A DNA stretch of 64,000 nt, taken from NCBI GenBank assembly GCA_037481835.1, contig JBBFKW010000001.1, positions 223,443 through 287,442 of the forward strand, written 5' to 3'. Made by a program: the position numbers and the translations under genes. The first letter of the stretch is position 1, and every line of letters begins with the position of its first letter. Shown here piece by piece: positions 28,676 to 37,885 of this stretch. The notes beneath the pieces were generated by a model, which searched no databases, had not been told where the DNA came from, and saw only the letters and a list, made by a program, of their open reading frames with translations. This DNA is from Desulfosoma sp. GTDB taxonomy: Bacteria; Desulfobacterota; Syntrophobacteria; Syntrophobacterales; DSM-9756.

Positions 28676-29383
28676 TCACAGCCACATTTCTCCTGCTTTG
28701 ACAAAAAAGTATTCCGCCGCCCCGATCATGACCAGCGCGAAAAAGCGTTGAATCCTTCGCATCCACAGGCCGGATCGAGGCAGCGACGCCAAAATCCCGG
28801 TGAATGTCCCCACCGCGATGACCAGCATGCCCATTCCATAGGCAAAGGCAAAAAGCATGAGCGCCCCCCAAAACGCGCTCTTTCCCGTCGCCACCAAAGT
28901 CAACAGAGTCCCCAGGATCGGCGTGGTACACGGTCCGACCACCAACGCCGAGGCGCCTCCTACGAGAAAGCTCGAGAGGGCATCCCGACCCGGGATGTGG
29001 CGAACCTGCACGCGGGAAAGAAAGGCGGGAGACGGCATGGGCAGAACTTCCAGCATGATCAAGGCGAAGACGAGACACAGGTTTCCCACCGCCAGATACA
29101 CCCATGGGTTCATGGTTAAGGAGCCGAAAAGGCGTCCCGTGAGAGCGGCCACGAGCCCCAGGGCCGAATACACCATGGCCATCCCGGAGACGTAGATGGC
29201 CGACAGGAAAAAACCCTTCAGGCGGCTCCCCTGCGCCCGGCTGCCCACAAAGGCGACGGTGATGGGGATCATGGGATAAGAGCAGGGTGTCAAACCCGCG
29301 AGAACCCCGCCGACAAAGGACAAGACGACCCCGAGCCACGGCGCGTTCAGGGTGAGGGTGTCGTAATGGCGCATCCACTCCAC
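28676..29383 (-). CDS. ccdA: CcdA (DsbD membrane domain) protein
   Basis: LTPCSYPMIP and GPCTTP; about six TM helices. Confidence 0.88.
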   Translation of the reverse strand: MEWMRHYDTLTLNAPWLGVVLSFVGGVLAGLTPCSYPMIPITVAFVGSRAQGSRLKGFFLSAIYVSGMAMVYSALGLVAALTGRLFGSLTMNPWVYLAVGNLCLVFALIMLEVLPMPSPAFLSRVQVRHIPGRDALSSFLVGGASALVVGPCTTPILGTLLTLVATGKSAFWGALMLFAFAYGMGMLVIAVGTFTGILASLPRSGLWMRRIQRFFALVMIGAAEYFFVKAGEMWL

Positions 29384-29448
29384 GGGTCTCAGTTCCTTAC
29401 CATCGGTTCATTGCCCTCGCCCGCGGGGTGCCGTGCCGTTCAGGGCTC

Positions 29449-30252
29449 TCAAGAGGACACAATGAATGCCTCCGATTTCGGCGACAGGTCCGGGATCTTG
29501 GGACCGTTTTCCATGCGATCCAACAAACGCAGGCTTTTCAGGCGCTGCCCCGTGTGATCCTCCACCCACGCGCAGACGGCCTTTATGAGCCCATGAAGTG
29601 CCCGTTTACTCAAACGGAATCGCCAGATCCTTTCCAAAGGCGCCTGCAGCATGGCGTGAAGCAAAGCGGCGGACCCCTTGTCCAGATCGATCCCTTCTTT
29701 GTCGGCAAGGCTGTGATCTCCGCAGGAAAACCTGCCCGCCGCCAGGGACAATCTCCACAGCGATGCCTCCTCGATCTTCCTCCCGCATTGACAACACCCT
29801 TCCAGGGACGGCAGAACCCCGAGGATCTTCAGGGCGCGCAGGAGAAAGAGCGCCGCCACGTTTGCGGGGTCCCGATCGGTTCCCAGCCTTTCCAGCCCTG
29901 CGCGAAGGAGAACGTAAAAGGCCGGGTTCGAAAGGTTTTCCGGGTTGAGACGCAAGGTCGTCTCCACGAGAAGGCCCGCATAGGCCCAGCGCAGAGGATC
30001 CGACCGCAAGGCCAGATGCCCTTCCAGCAACCGGCAGGATTCCACCCAGGCAAGACCCCGCCGTTGCCGAAGGCCCACCTGCACCACGCTGTTGGGTTCA
30101 AAGGCATGGACAAAACGCTTTTGGCTGCGACGGGCCCCTTTGGCCAAGGCCCGAACCAGACCCCATTCCATGCTGAAAAAGGTGACAATGCGGTCCGACT
30201 CACCGTAATCCTGGGCGCAAAGGACCACCGCTTCCGATTCGACAACGGTCAT
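29449..30252 (-). CDS. recO: DNA repair protein RecO
   Basis: GESDRIV, AKGARRSQKRF, C..C zinc motif and LKSL. Confidence 0.93.
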   Translation of the reverse strand: MTVVESEAVVLCAQDYGESDRIVTFFSMEWGLVRALAKGARRSQKRFVHAFEPNSVVQVGLRQRRGLAWVESCRLLEGHLALRSDPLRWAYAGLLVETTLRLNPENLSNPAFYVLLRAGLERLGTDRDPANVAALFLLRALKILGVLPSLEGCCQCGRKIEEASLWRLSLAAGRFSCGDHSLADKEGIDLDKGSAALLHAMLQAPLERIWRFRLSKRALHGLIKAVCAWVEDHTGQRLKSLRLLDRMENGPKIPDLSPKSEAFIVSS

Positions 30253-30259
30253 GGGCGTT

Positions 30260-31204
30260 TCAGGGATTTTCCAGGTAACGGGGATCGGGAAGCTTCACCC
30301 TCAACACCTCGCCCCTCTTGCCCAAGGGCTTGAGAGGCTTTTCGTCCCAAAAGAGGCGGATGCCGCCGGCGTTTCCCGTCCACACTTGCGCGGAACGAGA
30401 GAGAGTCCACTGGGCACTTTCCCCCGGCTTCAAGATGCGATTCTGGGGCTTTTCGTCGTCGGCTTTCACCTGGACCCACGCTTCTTCGTCCGCCACGATG
30501 CGCAGCCTATGTTCCGATCCCGACGGCACCGTAGGCCCGGAAAGCGCTTCCATCTCTTTCCCGGTCGGCAGAGCGACAGTGCGCGTTTCGGACGGCGTCT
30601 CTTCTGGGCGCTGGTCCGTCGGAGCGGTTCCTCCTGCGTCGGGTGGCGGGGCGGGCCCTTCCTGCTCCGGCAAGACTCCAGGGGCCGGCGCCAGCTCCCC
30701 GGCAGGATTGCCGCTCAGTTCCCCCGGACCTTTTTTTACGGCCAGATCGCCCGGGAGTTCCTGTTGCGGGTATACGGCTTCCCGGGCCGCCGTTGTGGCT
30801 GCTTTTCTCATTTGGTACTTGGGCCACCACACGGCCCACAGTCCCGCAACCGTAACGCCGAAGGCCAAAACGAGGAAAAGGGCCAAAAAAGCCCCGCCTT
30901 TCTTGCGACCGCCTTTCATCCACGACTGGAAGCGCTTCAAGCGCTCTCCTTCATTGTCGTAACGGCGGATATCCGAACCGTACTCTTCCAGGATCGGCTG
31001 GGGATCCACGCCCAGGGCTTCGCAATAGACCTTGAGAAACCCGCGGATGAGCAAAGGGGTCCCGATAACCTCGTACTCCCCCGCTTCCAAAGCCTGCAGC
31101 ATGCGCACGCTGATCCGCGTATGCCGCGAAAGTTTCTCCAGGCTTATTTGTTGCCGCTTCCGCTCACTTTCGAGAAAAGCCCCGATATCCTTCAAAGAAT
31201 CCAT
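30260..31204 (-). CDS. rodZ: RodZ-like HTH membrane protein
   Basis: N-terminal HTH with RGFLKVY, one TM helix, and C-terminal DUF4115-like WVQV...GNAGG. Confidence 0.85.
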   Translation of the reverse strand: MDSLKDIGAFLESERKRQQISLEKLSRHTRISVRMLQALEAGEYEVIGTPLLIRGFLKVYCEALGVDPQPILEEYGSDIRRYDNEGERLKRFQSWMKGGRKKGGAFLALFLVLAFGVTVAGLWAVWWPKYQMRKAATTAAREAVYPQQELPGDLAVKKGPGELSGNPAGELAPAPGVLPEQEGPAPPPDAGGTAPTDQRPEETPSETRTVALPTGKEMEALSGPTVPSGSEHRLRIVADEEAWVQVKADDEKPQNRILKPGESAQWTLSRSAQVWTGNAGGIRLFWDEKPLKPLGKRGEVLRVKLPDPRYLENP

Positions 31205-31251
31205 GGAAATCCTTTCCTCTCACACGGCGAAAGACGGTCCTTGCGAACTTC

Positions 31252-32244
31252 TTACGATCCCGACGCTGGGGGGTCCAAATGAATCTGGATAAAGGATTTC
31301 GCCTCCAGATCCCGAATCCACTGATCGTACTTTTTGTTCACTTCCATCTGAAAGAGTTCCCGCCGCACCTTTTCCTTGACTCTTTCGTCCACCTTGCCCG
31401 GATCGGGCCTCTTCACATCCACAAGCTTGACCACATAGAAGCCGTTGGCCGATTCCAAGACTTCGCTCACCTGGCCCGGCTGTAGGTCCCGCGTGGCCTG
31501 TTCCAAGCCCGGGGCCATGTCCTTGGCCTTGATCGTGCCGATATCGCCGCCGTCCTGAGCGCCGGGGCCTTGAGAATAGGCGCGGGCCAAGTCCGCAAAA
31601 TTTTCCCCTTTTCGGATCCGGTTCAGGATTTCCTGGGCCTTGAGACGCACCGTCTGGCGCGCTTCAGGTGAAGACGGCGCCGACAGGAATATGACCGCAA
31701 GGTGGCGTTCCTCATCCGGGCTTCTGACCTGACGGCTCAAGGCGGCTTGGACCTGATCGTCGGTAATCACCGTCTTGGATTTTAGCACCCTTTCAATGAG
31801 TCGAGCCCTTTCCAGATCCTGCCGAATCATCTTCTTGAACTGGTCCAGGGAACGCCCTTCTTGCTTCAGCATCGCTTCCAACTGCTGGCGGCTCACACTG
31901 TTGGACTTTTGGAGAGACGTCAAAGCCTCTTCCACTTCCGATTCGCTCACTGTGATCTTCAGCCGGGCGACCTCCTGAGCCGTGAGTTTTTCCCGGATCA
32001 TCTGGCGGAGGACTTCCTTGCGCAACGTGTCGGCCGAGCCCAAAGGCGGCGCGTCCCGAAGCTGTTCGGCGGCCTTGAGCACCCCCTCGACCCGCTTCTG
32101 GAGTTCACTGTTGAGGATCACGTCGTCGTTGACCACCGCCACGATCCAGTCCACCGGCTTGGCCTGGGCTGGTCCGGGAACGGCAAGGAGCAATCCCAAA
32201 AGCCACACACCCAACGCCATCCCTTTCAGAAAACCCTGTCTCAT
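31252..32244 (-). CDS. surA: SurA-type periplasmic chaperone / PPIase
   Basis: IVAVVNDDVI and parvulin motif FADLARAYS..GGDIG. Confidence 0.88.
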   Translation of the reverse strand: MRQGFLKGMALGVWLLGLLLAVPGPAQAKPVDWIVAVVNDDVILNSELQKRVEGVLKAAEQLRDAPPLGSADTLRKEVLRQMIREKLTAQEVARLKITVSESEVEEALTSLQKSNSVSRQQLEAMLKQEGRSLDQFKKMIRQDLERARLIERVLKSKTVITDDQVQAALSRQVRSPDEERHLAVIFLSAPSSPEARQTVRLKAQEILNRIRKGENFADLARAYSQGPGAQDGGDIGTIKAKDMAPGLEQATRDLQPGQVSEVLESANGFYVVKLVDVKRPDPGKVDERVKEKVRRELFQMEVNKKYDQWIRDLEAKSFIQIHLDPPASGS

Positions 32245-32265
32245 CGCGCCTTGCGTCCTTTCTCT

Positions 32266-35200
32266 TCAGGGGGACTGCTCCCCGCTTCCCACATCCCACG
32301 CCGGTGAAAAAGACGGGCTTTGTGAAACTAACCTATTGAATTGACTAAGGTCTCTAACATGATCCTCAAGGGCTTGCAAGAGCCTTTTGAGTCGCACCAA
32401 AGCCGCCAGGGTCGTGCGCGCTTCAAGTTCCACCGTCATCTTGCGTTCCCCGTGCAAGGCGGCGAAGCACTTGGCGTCGGACAGGGTCTGAAGCACCGAT
32501 CCATACGGCACCGGTTCGGCGAAAGTGCATGTCATGACGGTGCTGGTCCCTTCCAGGCGGGTGATGCGCAAGCGCTTCAGCAGGAGCCGCACGCGGGCGA
32601 GGACCAACAGCGCCTTGGCCTCATCGGGCAAGGGACCGAACCGATCACGCCATTCTTTGGCGATGTCGTCGATTTCTTCTTGGCTCTTGGCCCCGGACAG
32701 GCGTTTGTAGGCCACCAGCCTTTGGTCGGCCACGGGCATGAAGTGAGACGGCACATAGGCCGCCACGGGAATGGCGATTTCCGGATCGGGAAATTCCTCT
32801 TCTATCGCCTCTCCCTTCATTTTGCGGATGGTTTCTTCCAGGAGTTCCAAGTAAAGTTCATAGCCCACGGAGGCGATGTGTCCCGACTGGGCAGAGCCCA
32901 AAATGGTGCCGCCGCCCCGGATTTGCAAATCGTTCAAAGCGATCTTGAAGCCCGAGCCGAGCTCGCTGAAGTCCATCAGGGCCCGGAGTCTTTTCTGGGC
33001 GTCCCGGGTCACCAGGTGTTCTCCCGGGATGAGCAGGTACGCATAGGCCTGTTCCGCAGACCGGCCGACCCGACCGCGCAGCTGGTAGATTTGGGCCAAT
33101 CCCATCTTGTCCGCCCGGTTGATGAGGATGGTGTTGGCCGCCGGGATGTCCAACCCGGACTCGATGATGGTCGTGCACACCAACACATCCACTTTTTTGT
33201 GCACGAAATCCATCATGATCTTTTCCAAGTCCCGCTCCTTCATCTGTCCGTGAGCCACTTCAACGCGGGCTTCCGGAACCAGGGACCGGATCTTGTCGGC
33301 CATGCGCAAAATGGTCTGCACGTGGTTGTGAACGAAAAACACCTGCCCGCCGCGCCGCAGTTCCCTCGTGATGGCCTCTCGAATGGTAAGCTCCTCGAAA
33401 GGACAGACCACCGTCTCCACGGCCTTGCGGTCCTGGGGCGCCGTCTCGATGGTACTCAGGTCGCGTATCCCCGTCAGGGCCATGTGAAGGGTCCTCGGGA
33501 TGGGCGTCGCCGTGAGGGTCAGCACGTCCACGGAAACCCGCAATTCCTTGATGCGCTCTTTATGCCGCACCCCGAACCGCTGTTCTTCGTCGATGATCAG
33601 GAGCCCCAGGTCTCTGAAGACCACATCCTTTTGCAGGAGCCGATGGGTGCCGATGACGATGTCCAAACCGCCGGATCGCAGCTGCTCGAGAATCCGTTTT
33701 TGTTCCGCGGGGGTGCGGAAACGACTGAGCACGTCCACGGTCACGGGAAAATCCTTCAGGCGCTCCTGGAATGTGGCGCAGTGCTGTTCGGCCAAAACGG
33801 TGGTCGGGGTGAGCATGGCCACCTGTTTTCCGTCCATGGCCGCCTTAAAGGCCGCCCGCAAGGCGACTTCCGTCTTGCCGTAGCCCACGTCCCCGCACAC
33901 GAGCCGATCCATGGGGCGCGGGGAACACATGTCCTGCAGGACATCTTCGATGGCGCGCATCTGATCGGGCGTTTCCTCGAAAGGAAAGGTGGCCTCGAAT
34001 TCTCGGTAGAGGCTGTCCGGCGGGCTGAACGCCGTGCCTTCGCGAATTTGGCGCAGCGCGTAGATCTTGAGCAACTCTTCGGCCACTCTTTCGGCCGATT
34101 CCCTCGCTTTTTTCTTGACGGCTTCCCAGGCCTTGCCACCCAGCCGATCCACCCGCACCTCGGCGCCTTCCACGCCCAGGTATTTCTGCACCTTGTTTAA
34201 TTTATCCACCGGCACGTAGAGGCGATCGCCGTCCTGGTAGTCCAGTTGGAGAAAATCGCTTTCCAACGGCCCGACGGTCAGATGCACCAGACCGCGATAG
34301 ACCCCGATGCCGTGGTCCACGTGGACCACCAAATCCCCTTCGTGCAGGTCTTCAAAGGAACTGAGAAACAACCCCGTCAGACTCTTTTTGCCGCGGGGCC
34401 GCACGCGGCGCTTTCCAAAAAGTTCCGTTTCCGAAACTACCGCAAGGTGGTGCCCCGGCCAGACAAAGCCGGAGCGGATCGACCCGACGGCGAGCGACAG
34501 TTCGCGCCCTTCAGGCCTTTGCGGTCGGAGAAGATCCCGGCCGCGAACCACGGCCGTCGCCTCGAGCCCGTAGTGGGCGAGGAGTTCTTTAAGCCGCTTG
34601 GACTGTTCCTGCCCCTCACTGACCACGACCGTCGCAAGACCTTGGTCTTGCCACGAGCGGATGCGTTGGACCACCGGCTCCAAGAGCCTTTCCCTCTTGG
34701 GATGGGCCTTCAACGCCAAGACCAGGTCGCTTTGCGTCTGCACCCCCACGTCGTAGTGAACCGCTGCCTCTTTTCGGTCGGCCATGGCGTTGACCCAGAC
34801 GTTGTGAAAACGCCGGGCGGAAGCGTCCACGATTTCCGGCGCCAGGAAAAGCTCTTCCACGGGACGGCGCCACTGGTCGTCCCCGTCCTTTCGGCCCTGT
34901 TCCCAGAGGATGCGCCCGTAGGTTTCGTGCATCTCCTTTTTGAGTTCGCCGTAATCGGACCAAAGCAACAGAGCTTCCCGGGGGAGATAGTCGAAGAAGG
35001 TTGCCGGCGATTCGTAGAAAACCGAAAGAACCGTTTCGAAAGCCGCCGGCTGATGGCCTTGTTCCAATCTCTCGAGCCAGACGTTGCCCAAAGAGGGGCT
35101 GAGCCGCCCGCGCTGGACGTCTTCCAAAAGGAGCGCTCGGGCTCGATCCCGGGCGGCTTCATCGAAAATGACTTCACTTGCCGGAGTGACAACCACTTCT

Positions 35201-35889
35201 TCGAGGGACGCCAGGGAGCGTTGCGTCCCCGGGTGGAAGAGCCGGATGGATTCCACGACGTCCCCGGAAAACTCCAAACGCACGGGCCAGGCATACAGGG
35301 GGACGTACACGTCCAAGACGGCGCCGCGCCTGCTGAAATCGCCGTATTCTTCCGCAAGGGCCGTGGGATAATAGCCGGAAGCGACCAAGCGCCGCACAAA
35401 ATCTTCCTGATCCAGAGTCTCGCCCACAACGCGGTATTCGCTGCGTGCAATGAGGACCGCCGGGGGGATGACTTTTTCCAAAACGGCCGCAACGGAAGTG
35501 ACCACAATGAAGGGGTTGTTCAGGTTCTTGAGGCTCCACAGGGTTTCCAGCCGACGGGCGGTATGCTCCATTTTGCCCAACACCTGGGCCTGGTGGCCGG
35601 ATCGGGAGGGAAAAACAAGGAGTTTTCGGCGCAAGGGATCCGGCGTCCGAAGGGGCTCCTGAAAGAAGCGGATTTCTTCCGCAAAAGAGGCCGCCTCTCG
35701 GTCTGTGGCCGTGATCACGATCACGGGCCGTTTCAAACCGTCGGCGAGCTGCGACGCCCACAAGGCGAGGGCCGAAGACGGCATGTGGGATAGGGAAATC
35801 GGACCGGCGCCTTTTCGAACAATTTCCGTAAGCTGGAAAGGGGAAAGGGAATGGCTCCCCTCCAAGAGGCCTTCGCTGCCTTTATCCAT
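32266..35889 (-). CDS. mfd: Transcription-repair coupling factor
   Basis: VVHVDHGIG, CGDVGYGKTEVA, DEEQRFGV, TATPIPRT and QLRGRVGR motifs. Start taken at MDKGSEG. Confidence 0.97.
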   Translation of the reverse strand: MDKGSEGLLEGSHSLSPFQLTEIVRKGAGPISLSHMPSSALALWASQLADGLKRPVIVITATDREAASFAEEIRFFQEPLRTPDPLRRKLLVFPSRSGHQAQVLGKMEHTARRLETLWSLKNLNNPFIVVTSVAAVLEKVIPPAVLIARSEYRVVGETLDQEDFVRRLVASGYYPTALAEEYGDFSRRGAVLDVYVPLYAWPVRLEFSGDVVESIRLFHPGTQRSLASLEEVVVTPASEVIFDEAARDRARALLLEDVQRGRLSPSLGNVWLERLEQGHQPAAFETVLSVFYESPATFFDYLPREALLLWSDYGELKKEMHETYGRILWEQGRKDGDDQWRRPVEELFLAPEIVDASARRFHNVWVNAMADRKEAAVHYDVGVQTQSDLVLALKAHPKRERLLEPVVQRIRSWQDQGLATVVVSEGQEQSKRLKELLAHYGLEATAVVRGRDLLRPQRPEGRELSLAVGSIRSGFVWPGHHLAVVSETELFGKRRVRPRGKKSLTGLFLSSFEDLHEGDLVVHVDHGIGVYRGLVHLTVGPLESDFLQLDYQDGDRLYVPVDKLNKVQKYLGVEGAEVRVDRLGGKAWEAVKKKARESAERVAEELLKIYALRQIREGTAFSPPDSLYREFEATFPFEETPDQMRAIEDVLQDMCSPRPMDRLVCGDVGYGKTEVALRAAFKAAMDGKQVAMLTPTTVLAEQHCATFQERLKDFPVTVDVLSRFRTPAEQKRILEQLRSGGLDIVIGTHRLLQKDVVFRDLGLLIIDEEQRFGVRHKERIKELRVSVDVLTLTATPIPRTLHMALTGIRDLSTIETAPQDRKAVETVVCPFEELTIREAITRELRRGGQVFFVHNHVQTILRMADKIRSLVPEARVEVAHGQMKERDLEKIMMDFVHKKVDVLVCTTIIESGLDIPAANTILINRADKMGLAQIYQLRGRVGRSAEQAYAYLLIPGEHLVTRDAQKRLRALMDFSELGSGFKIALNDLQIRGGGTILGSAQSGHIASVGYELYLELLEETIRKMKGEAIEEEFPDPEIAIPVAAYVPSHFMPVADQRLVAYKRLSGAKSQEEIDDIAKEWRDRFGPLPDEAKALLVLARVRLLLKRLRITRLEGTSTVMTCTFAEPVPYGSVLQTLSDAKCFAALHGERKMTVELEARTTLAALVRLKRLLQALEDHVRDLSQFNRLVSQSPSFSPAWDVGSGEQSP

Positions 35890-36138
35890 GTGTCGAGCAT
35901 GAGTGAAATTCAAAGCGCTTTGAAACCTCCCTCTGTGTTTTCGTCCCACAATAATCCCGATCCACTCTTCCGTAAAGACGAAGCCTTTTCCACAATCCGA
36001 AGGCTTTGTCACGAGAAACCGGCCGAAATGTCCCAAGAACGCGCAAGAGAATTTTCCTTGCGGGTGCGATCCGCTATAATCGCCTCCGCCTTTCGGGGGA
36101 TGACCCCTCGATCCCGACATCGGCCCAGGAGACAGACA

Positions 36139-37563
36139 ATGGCCCACGAGGAAAACCGCACCATCCAAGATCGGCTCCGCAGACTCCCTAGTGTGGATGA
36201 ACTTCTCAAGGATCGCCGGATCCAAGACATGCTCTCCACGGTTCCCAGAAAAATCGTCGTGGACAGCCTGCGCGAGACCCTGGAATCGGTGCGACGCCGG
36301 TTGGTTTCCTCCGTCGAGGGACTCTTGGAAGAGGTGCCTTCCGCAGATCAGTTGGTCCAACAGGCCTTGGCGGTGTGCGCCGAAAAGAACGCCTTCACCC
36401 TCCAGCCGGTGGTCAATGCCACGGGGATTGTGGTGCACACCAACCTGGGCCGCTCCCTCTTGGCCGAAGAAGCGATCGAAAGGTTGCACATCGCATGCCG
36501 CAGCTATTCGAACCTGGAATACGACCTCGCCCACGGTCGGCGGGGATCGCGCTATGTGCACGCCGAAGCGATCCTTCGAGAAATCACGGGGGCCGAAGCC
36601 GCCCTTGTGGTCAACAACAACGCCGCCGCTGTCTTCCTGATTCTAAACACCCTGGCTAAAGACCGTGAGGTCATCGTCTCCCGGGGGCAGCTCGTGGAAA
36701 TCGGCGGTTCCTTTCGCATCCCCGACGTCATGGCCGCCAGCGGGGCCATTCTGCGCGAAGTGGGGTGCACGAACCGCACCCACCTGCACGATTACGAAAA
36801 CGCCATCGGAGAACGCACCCGGCTTCTCATGAAGGTGCACTGCAGCAACTATCGGCTGGTGGGCTTTACCGCCGAAGTCCCGTTGGAGGACCTGGTGCGG
36901 TTGGCTCGACAGCATAACCTGCTCGTTGCGGAAGACCTGGGAAGCGGCTCCCTGGTGGACGTCTCCGTGCTGGGACTTCCTCGAGAGCCCACCGCTCAGG
37001 AAGCCGTAAGGGCCGGGGTGGATGTGGTGACCTTCAGCGGCGATAAGTTGCTCGGAGGACCCCAGGCCGGCATCATCCTCGGCCGGAAGGACATCATCGC
37101 CCAATGCAAGAAAAACCCGCTGACCCGCGCCCTGCGCGTGGATAAGATGACCCTGGCCGCATTGGAAGCCACCCTGCGGCTTTACAGAGACGAACCGACG
37201 GCATGGCGCCGTATTCCCACCCTGGAAATGATCGCCAGGCCCCTGGAAACTTTGAAGGAAGCGGCGCAGCGCTTGGCCCACGGCATTGAGAATTTGGACG
37301 GTGCGGCTCTGTGGAATGTGCAGGTCCAGGAAAGCACCTCTCAGGTGGGTGGCGGGGCTTTACCGGAACGGAACCTGCCCACGTTCGTCGTGGCCGTCAC
37401 CTCATCCAGGTGGAGCGCCGTGAGGCTGGAAGAGCGGCTGAGAGCTCATAACCCGCCCATTATCGGCCGCATCGAATCCGATCGGTTTCTCATGGATGTA
37501 AGAACGCTCCGGGACGGGGACGCCGACATCATCCTCCGCGCTTTCGCACAACTCGCCTCCTAG
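36139..37563 (+). CDS. selA: L-seryl-tRNA(Sec) selenium transferase
   Basis: NATGIVVHTNLGR, VNNNAAA, VEIGGSFRIPD and FSGDKLLGGPQAG motifs. AGGAG RBS. Confidence 0.97.
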   Translation: MAHEENRTIQDRLRRLPSVDELLKDRRIQDMLSTVPRKIVVDSLRETLESVRRRLVSSVEGLLEEVPSADQLVQQALAVCAEKNAFTLQPVVNATGIVVHTNLGRSLLAEEAIERLHIACRSYSNLEYDLAHGRRGSRYVHAEAILREITGAEAALVVNNNAAAVFLILNTLAKDREVIVSRGQLVEIGGSFRIPDVMAASGAILREVGCTNRTHLHDYENAIGERTRLLMKVHCSNYRLVGFTAEVPLEDLVRLARQHNLLVAEDLGSGSLVDVSVLGLPREPTAQEAVRAGVDVVTFSGDKLLGGPQAGIILGRKDIIAQCKKNPLTRALRVDKMTLAALEATLRLYRDEPTAWRRIPTLEMIARPLETLKEAAQRLAHGIENLDGAALWNVQVQESTSQVGGGALPERNLPTFVVAVTSSRWSAVRLEERLRAHNPPIIGRIESDRFLMDVRTLRDGDADIILRAFAQLAS

Positions 37564-37662
37564 AAGCCTGTCCGAGAATGCCGATTTTGGTGCTTTATGG
37601 CATCCTAACTATCTAAATTTACGTTGCTCAGATCGGCAAGAATCGAATTGTCGGACAGCCTC
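37564..37662. mobile_element. 99-bp MITE (copy A1) flanked by CTAG
   Basis: Imperfect 15-bp TIRs AAGCCTGTCCGAGAA / TTGTCGGACAGCCTC. CTAG at 37560 and 37663. Differs at 7 of 99 positions from 58901-58999. Confidence 0.88.
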
Positions 37663-37666
37663 CTAG

Positions 37667-37784
37667 GAGCCTGTCCGAGAATGGCATATTCCTGGGAGCG
37701 CGGGCGTCTCGCCCGCTTCTCGTGCGGGCCGGAGGCCCGCGCTCCCAGGAGAAGAGGCCTTCGGGTTCGTTCTCGGACAAGCAT
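37667..37784. mobile_element. 118-bp MITE variant (B) with the same TIRs and an internal REP-like inverted pair
   Basis: GAGCCTGTCCGAGAA ... TTCTCGGACAAGCAT. CTAG at 37663 and 37785. Confidence 0.75.
37690..37750. repeat. REP-like inverted doublet (REPIN-like)
   Basis: GGAGC-GCGGGCG-TCT-CGCCCGC on the plus strand and GGAGC-GCGGGCC-TCC-GGCCCGC on the minus strand, separated by 7 nt. Confidence 0.7.
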
Positions 37785-37885
37785 CTAGGCCATCTCCCGT
37801 TCCGGGCATCATTCTTGCCCTCATTGCCGTGAAAAGGCGCGGGAAATCCGAGCAGACCATCCCATGGCCTTTTGCGGAGAAAACA

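Noticed and set aside
28674..29378. 406-aa ORF suggesting a large TlpA fusion
   Set aside because: The upstream part is an alternative frame of ccdA. The thioredoxin starts at 28673 with a signal peptide.
35851..36561. N-terminal extensions of mfd (to 36561) and selA (from 35851) in the ORF track
   Set aside because: They would overlap each other head to head. Homology and RBS position support starts near 35889 and 36139.
37560..37788. CRISPR mini-array or tRNA-Sec (selC) downstream of selA
   Set aside because: The repeats are inverted termini with interiors of about 70-90 bp rather than direct repeats with spacers. No cas genes, and no cloverleaf with a TCA anticodon.
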